From: Octopus vulgaris
Taxonomy: Eukaryota
Direction: 5' to 3'
NCBI GenBank assembly: GCA_951406725.2
Contig: OX597821.1
Coordinates: 61,938,001 to 62,002,000, forward strand
DNA: 64,000 nt
The notes beneath the pieces were generated by a model, which saw nothing but the letters and a program-made list of their open reading frames with translations, had not been told where the DNA came from and made no database searches. Positions 56,818-64,000 of the stretch are shown here, piece after piece; the stretch's first letter is position 1, and every line of letters starts with the position of its first letter. The position numbers were made by a program, and so were the translations under genes.

Positions 56818-57287
56818 ATAATATTTGTGTGTGTTTGTGTGCATTTATGTCTGTGTGTTTACATGTATGTTTATGCAATCCGTATGATTTTGTATTTAGA
56901 CTATATACGCGTTGTTATACGATACATAATTTGGGAATTATACATTTATCGTTATTCATTTCTCGAGCTAAACTCTGTAATGTATCGGATAGAGAGATGC
57001 GCATATATGAATAAATATTTGTGTACATGCATATATATTGCCTCTCAATTGACAATTGCCTATATATATAGCAGCTGAGTGTGTGTGTGTGTGTGCGTGT
57101 GTGTGTAGTGTGTGTGTAGTGTGTGTACAGATATATGTGTGTGTACATATATATGTGTGTGTACATATATATGTGTGTGTATATATATATATGTATATAT
57201 ATACATATATACACATATATATACACATATATATACACATATATATGCACACAGACACAAACACACACTTATATGTTTTTATATGTG

Positions 57288-57399
<112 letters not shown>

Positions 57400-57774
57400 C
57401 ATGTATATATATATACATGCATGTATGTATGTATGCATGTATATGTATATATTATATAAAATTTCGGTCTCTGATAGAAATGCACACCGAACATGAGTCA
57501 TAAGCAATAAAAATATTAAAATGTTAAAAATAAATCATAAGTGGGCCTATTATTTCGGGTTCACAACACATTATCATATATTTTTAGGCTAATAAGTTAT
57601 TTCAATAACTTTCTTATAGACAGTACTGATGTCTAATGTTGTTCCGAATTAGTAAACGTGCAATGCCTACTGATGTTTTAGTGAACAAAATTCGTCGAAC
57701 TTGTTTTATATATGTATATATGTATACATGCATACGAATGCACACATTCGCGCACTCGCACGGACGGACGCACG

Positions 57775-57812
<38 letters not shown>

Positions 57813-58221
57813 AACACTATAAGAATTATATTATGACATGTAGTTAAATTGATTTACAAAAGCAGTCCCCTTTAATTTTGCTCATATTGCTTTCAATTTC
57901 GGTGTATCGATGCAGCTCTGAATTTTGATTATGATCAACCAGTTATTTTATCTCGTAAATTAAAGAATCTGATGTTGGGAATTCTTGTGTAATTTAAGCC
58001 AATCCACAGACAGCGAAGCATTAACATCTTGTTACCATCACAACCGCACGTTGTTTTGTGTTTCACTTCACCTGCACGTTGTGTTGTGTTGATTCTTCAC
58101 AGCGCGATATTTAATTCAGCCGCCTGCTTTGCTTTAGCAAAAATTTATATCTAACAATTAGAATTTTATTGTAGATATTTTTCGTCAACTGTCTTAGTGT
58201 TTTACATATTTTTCATACCCT

Positions 58222-58791
58222 CGTTTTACTTGTTTCAGTCATTTGACTGCGGCCATGCTGCAGCATCGCCTTTAGTCGACTAAATTAACCCCAGGACTTA
58301 TTCTTTGTAAGTCTAGTACTTATTCCATCGGTCACTTTTGCCGAACCGCAAAGTTACGGGGACGTAAACAGACCAGCAGCGGTTGTCAAGCGATGTTGGG
58401 GGGATAAACACAAACACACAAACATACGCACACACTGCGGCGAACTGGCAGAAACTTTAGCACGCCGGGCGAAATGCTTAGCGGTATTTCGTCTGCCGTT
58501 ACGTTCTGAGTTCAAATTCTGCCGAGGTCGACTTTGCCTTTCATCCTTTCGGGGTCGATAAATTAAGTACCAGTTATGCACTGGGGTCATTGTAATCGAC
58601 TTAATTCCTTTGTCTGTCCTTGTTTGTGCCCTCTATGTTTAGCCCTTTGTGGGCAATAAAGAAATAACAAACATATACACACACATACATATATATTTAC
58701 ATATATACGATGGGCTTCTTTCAGTTTCCGTCTATCAAATCCACTGACAAGGCTTTGGTCGGCTCGAGGCTATAGTAGAAGACAATTGCCT
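58222..58791 (-). mobile_element. SINE family B (5'-truncated) interrupted by SINE A
   Basis: 58222-58436 and 58668-58791 are colinear with 61680-62000. Confidence 0.85.
58437..58667 (+). mobile_element. SINE family A, near-intact, nested in SINE B
   Basis: Full head, B-box, core and GTGGGCAATAAAGAAAT tail. Confidence 0.9.
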
Positions 58792-59059
58792 TTGAAGATT
58801 GTCTGTGTTTACATTCGTTGCAACAAATGCCTTTCAGTTTAAACCCAGTTGAGGCCAGAATGAGCTATTCTGTATTTTTATTGAAGATGTAAAACAACAT
58901 TATTTAATGTGTCCTTCATTTTTAAACTATTGCATTGATACACCAAAACTGAAAGTAATCTGAGCAAAATTAAAAGAGGCTGCTTTTGTGAATTAGTCCA
59001 TATTCTGTTCGCATTTCTCTTCATCGCTCGATTGACACTTTCTAATTTTTAGGTTTTGT

Positions 59060-59775
59060 TTAAGGCGACGAGCTAAAAGTATCTTTACCTCGCTGGGCAT
59101 GATGTTTAGCGGTATTCCGTCTGTCATTTTATTTCAAATTCTCAAAAGTCAGCATTGCCATTTTATCCTTTTGAGGTCAATAAAATAAGAACCCCGTGAA
59201 CACTGATATAGACTTAATCGACTTAGCACCTACCCCGATATTACTGGCATTGTGCCGAAATTTGAAACCAATATTAATGTTATATTATAAGTCGGCGAGC
59301 TGGCAGAATCGTCAGCATGCCGGGTAAAATGCTTAGCGGCTAATTGTCTGTGTTGAAGTTCTGAGTTCAAATTCCATTAAGATTTACTCTGCATTTCACC
59401 CTTTCGGGCACGATAAAATAAGTACCAGTTGATCAAAGCGGTCCATGTGATCGACTTACCCACTGCCCTAGTCATGCTGACCTTGTGCCAGACTTGTAAA
59501 CCAATATATGCTACGTAAGGCGGCGAGCTGGCAGAATCGTTAGCATGCCGGAGCTAAATGCTTAGCAGCATTTCGTCCGTCTTTACTCTCTGTATCCAAA
59601 TTTTGCTAAATTGGCAATATCATCTCCGCTCCGGGTGGATTCCTTAGCAGTGTCTCGTCCGTCTTTACGTTTAAATTCTCCCTAGGTCGACTTTGCATGG
59701 TGGGCATGATAAAATTATTACCACTTGGCTACTGAAATCGATGCAGTCGATTTTTTCCCTGAACATTGCTGGACT
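59060..59775 (+). mobile_element. Three head-to-tail degenerate SINE A copies
   Basis: AAG(G/T)CG(G/A)CGAGCT heads at about 59062, 59289 and 59517. Confidence 0.8.
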
Positions 59776-61076
59776 GATTACCTTCTGGTTAATGTTTCAC
59801 TTTCTTTTCCCACAAGATTTTTAAACAGTTCGGAATTTTAATGATATCCTGTTTATTTTTCTTAGGTTTTATTCCTCCAATATGCATCCATTTTTTTGCA
59901 GCTGAGTTTTAAAGAAAACATTATCGCTTATGCTACTAAGGAAGGCAATTGTTATTTCGTAATAGACTAACAGAGGAGTGTGATAAATTATTCTGCATGA
60001 CGTGATGCGAATAACTCCTCATTATATAGTGTTAGGAAATGTTAATTATCTGGTTGAATATTCTTTAGTTGGGCTAAATGATGTCAATATTCAAGAGGTG
60101 TCGATCAACTATTATAAGTGATTTTGTAAAGCAATTTCATGAAACCATATGAAATTCCTGTTTTGTGAATTCTATCTTCGGTTTAACGTTGAATAATTCT
60201 AGTGTAATTCTAAACCATCCAGTTCCTCGGTAATAGTTTCCAAAGAGGTGTATTGCTCTATTCACCGATGCACCAACATGACAAAAAAAGTACCACGCTT
60301 TTTTTGCTGAATGAATTAGTATATGTGTGTATGTACGTATCTATGTGAGTGTTTGTGTGTGTATGTGTGTGTGTATATTTTCATACATTGTCCATTCACC
60401 ATTTGCTTCGGTAGCTGAAAAGAACCGTACGTATTTTTCGAAACGGATTATCGTCAAATACAGTTTACATTGTATACAAATATTTTATGCTTTCTCCTCT
60501 ATTTTTTTTTATCAAACTAGGTGAATACAAAAACAGAAAAAAACTGTTTGCATCTTTATATACCTTGCTTATGTATTTATTATTTTTTTTTAATTTCTTA
60601 CAAAACGATAAACGTCAAACACGAGTGATTACTCGCCTTTCAGATGCCATAAAAGTGTTCGTTCGATTTGATGTTCTCCGGAAATGTGGGACGGATTGGC
60701 AAAAGTCAGTTCACCAGAGAAAAATAAAAGCAAAATCCAAAAAAGAATTATACCTGGGAATAGCAAATACGAAATATATGAAAATGGATGATATCGAGCG
60801 GATAGTCGGTGGATGATGGATTACTTGTAATGTCAAAGCCGGCGTGACACGGATGCAGGAGATCTGTTCCGTAGTGATCAGTAAATGTGATGCTGTATCT
60901 CTACAGTGTGTGTATCTTTGACAGCGATCTTTTTGATTTGAATGCTAAATGACAAGCTCTGCGCATAAATCCAGAAACCTCATCAGGATGAGAGGATTGT
61001 GCTAACAGTTTCCCCATCTCTTGCGCTCTTACAATCTACAATCCACTTGCATACATAAGCGTACATTCATATATAA

Positions 61077-61107
<31 letters not shown>

Positions 61108-61365
61108 AATACATACATACACACACACACACACATATATATATATATGTGGACACATGGGTATACATAGGCATATGCATGCATCTGCATAATACACATA
61201 TAAAAACACACTTATACAGTGAGTGTGTGAAAGAAAGATGGAGGAATTGCGTTTTTCCATTGCTATAATGCATTGAATTTACTGCAAGCTAGGTCATCTT
61301 AAACTATTGGCTCATGTATAATACATACATATAGGAATGTTCACATAAAAATGTGTATAAATTGC

Positions 61366-61478
<113 letters not shown>

Positions 61479-61592
61479 ACTATATTTCTATCTATCAGTC
61501 TGTCTGCCAGGCTGTTTGTATGTCTGGCAGTCTATTTACGTATGTATCTCCCTATCTATCTACATATATCCTATTGTGCGTGCGTATTTGAG

Positions 61593-61670
<78 letters not shown>

Positions 61671-61679
61671 CATATATAT

Positions 61680-62078
61680 ACTCTTTTACTTGTTTCAGTT
61701 ATTTTACTGCGGCTAGCCTTTAGTCGAGCAAATCAACACCAGGATTTATTCTTTGTAAGCCTAGTACTCATACGATCGGTCTCTTTTGCCGCAAACACAC
61801 CAGCATCGCTTGTCCACCGATTTCGGGTGACAAACACAGACACACCAACACACACACAAGAACAACCACACACTCACACACACACACACACATATATATA
61901 TGCATACATATATACGACGGGCTTCTTTCAGTTGCCATCTGCCAAATCCACTCACAAACCTTTGGTTGAGCCGAGCTCATAGTAGAAGACACTTGCCCAA
62001 GGTACCGCGCGGTGAGACTGAACCCAGAACCATGTGGTTGGTAAGCAAGCTAATTACCAGACAGCCACTCATGCGCCT
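61680..62078 (-). mobile_element. SINE family B, near full length
   Basis: tRNA-like head with GGGTTCAGTCTC, CORE-like ACCTTGGGCAAGTGTCTTCTACTAT, internal (TG)n and a CTGAAACAAGTAAAAGAG tail. Confidence 0.88.
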
Positions 62079-62087
62079 ATGTGTATG

Positions 62088-62151
<64 letters not shown>

Positions 62152-62779
62152 TATATACATATACATACAGATATATACATATTTATATATGCATGCATGC
62201 ACATATATGCACTCTCACAAATGTAAAATTTATTTCATATCTACTGTAGCCAAGGCTTATGTGTATTGTGCATATGGAGATGCGTACCTGCATTTATTTA
62301 AATGTATGTGTGCATGTGTGTAAATATGTGAGTATGTATGTATGCATGTATGTATATATGCAACAATCCATATATACATCCATGCATTCATGCACGTTCA
62401 GGTAGCTTCTCACTGAGCAAGATAAGGAAAAATATGTTTCTATACAATGAATCTACTATGACAACGATCCTCACATCCTGATGAGATCGGCGGATTTCCG
62501 CATAGGGTTTATCATGTTGTAATCATATCAAGCTGATTGCTGTAACAGATACTCGTTCAATTGATACGCACCACCGCATTTACTACGGAATGGATCTACT
62601 TCATATCCAACAGGCGTATTCCGTGTGTTTGGGCTGAATTTGACGATTTTTTTAATGACTGCTTTTTGCTTTTCGAGAAATGCGTCATGTATTAGTGAAC
62701 ATTCAACAGCACTGGAAATGTAAAGATTTAATTTGTATCTGGGAAAAATTTACCTGATGTGGAAAAGTCGAAATCATGT

Positions 62780-63493
62780 GAACATTGAAAAATACGATTC
62801 ATGCTGGGGACATTAATGTGGACATTAAGACGACATATGTATGATATTGCGAACACTGTATGATATTTAAGATATGACATGGACATTTGCAAAGGAGTCT
62901 ACAAAACCGCAGCCAGCAGGAATTGAAGCGTTCTGACTACGTCCACACGCCTGAATTCTTCCAGCAACTGATGAACACGGCCCTAGGTTCAATTCAGTTG
63001 ATTATGTGAGGCTGCTGGGGACTGTGATCAAACTGTAGCTGGAGTGGGTTACTGCTGGAAAGCCATATGTGTGGCTGCATGTTTCGGCTGCTTGTCATGC
63101 ATCCAGAAAGTGCCAGAAGTGTTTGATGGAGAAATTCTACAACTTCACCAGCCTCTATTTCTGTCCTTCTGTTTTCTCCAATTTTTCATCCCAAGGATTA
63201 CTGTGTGGTGGACGGCTGAGAAAAATAACAAACGCTCTTCCCGAAAAACCAAAGTCGAGCTGCTGACTGAGATCAAGGAGATGTTCGAAGATTTTCCCAT
63301 GGATACAGTGAAGAATGCACGCTTCCGGTTCCGTCTCGAAGCTGTTGTTGAGGCCGGCTGCCCTGAAAAAAACTGTTACAAACCGACAATAATGTATTTG
63401 ATATGTTTTGATTTTTTAAAATACTATTATTTTTCGGAGGGTTATTGTGTTTTCTTTCTTTTTTTCTGTCTAAATTTAGTCCAAGCCCTCTGT
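62780..63493 (+). mobile_element. DD37D (maT-like) transposon remnant, internally deleted
   Basis: RSDYVHTPEF, then YVRLLGTVIK..VTAGKPYVW..SAACHASRKCQ...KVELLTEIKEMF...RLEAVVEAG, ending near CCCTCTG|TA. Confidence 0.75.
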
Positions 63494-63902
63494 ATGCATT
63501 GGAAAAATGATGTGTAATTTATTTTCTGCGTTTATATACACTTGTTGAGGCATGTAAAACCGTTTCGATAACGTACCTTAACTACTCATGGAAATTAGTA
63601 GAAACTATTGCATTTTTCCGGGCGATTTCATTTCACTTTCAATGGACATTTTAAAGTTGTACAAACTTAAGCTCCTGTTAAGGTTCTCTAACTTCCATTT
63701 ATTAACCATAAAAAAGAAATACCGTATTTGTAAAGCTTTGTTTTCAGTAAATTGACCTAAGGGATTAATCGTTCTGAAATGTGTAGAAAAAAGAACTCTA
63801 GCAACTCACGTATGAAGATACAGCCACATATGTTTACATAACTTGTATATTTCACATGTTTAACAACAATAGAAAGGAAAAGGGGTATTATAAACGTATA
63901 TT

Positions 63903-64000
63903 AAGGCGGCGAGCTGGCAGAAACTTAGCGGTATTCCGCTGATGTCGACTTTGCCTTTTATCCTTTCAGGGTCGATAAATTAAGTACCAGTTACGCACTG
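63903..64000 (+). mobile_element. SINE family A, internally deleted, running off the window
   Basis: AAGGCGGCGAGCTGGCAGAAAC...GTCGATAAATTAAGTACCAG. Confidence 0.85.

Overview
AT-rich, microsatellite-dense eukaryotic DNA. The repeat families resemble those of octopus genomes (inference). Nearly all ORFs in the supplied track are translations of simple repeats. Real coding signal is limited to decayed transposons: RTE LINEs (32.7-34.25, 43.4-43.7 and 52.3-54.1 kb), Penelope-like elements (PLEs; GIY-YIG at 2.6-2.9 kb and an inverted EN/RT pair at 34.75-36.2 kb), an IR/DR-type Tc1 element (46.7-48.1 kb) and two DD37D/maT-like remnants. There are also three tRNA-derived SINE families, Helitron/Helentron-like non-autonomous elements and a (TAA)n-targeted element. 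One candidate host gene start is visible as two phase-compatible minus-strand exons (7145-7017 and 6590-6543). The most notable signal is several distinct non-coding elements sitting in (TA)n tracts that carry minimal type I hammerhead-ribozyme-like motifs in partial-tandem or inverted arrangements, i.e. PLE-derived or retrozyme-like. All alignments and folds were done by eye, so element boundaries are approximate.
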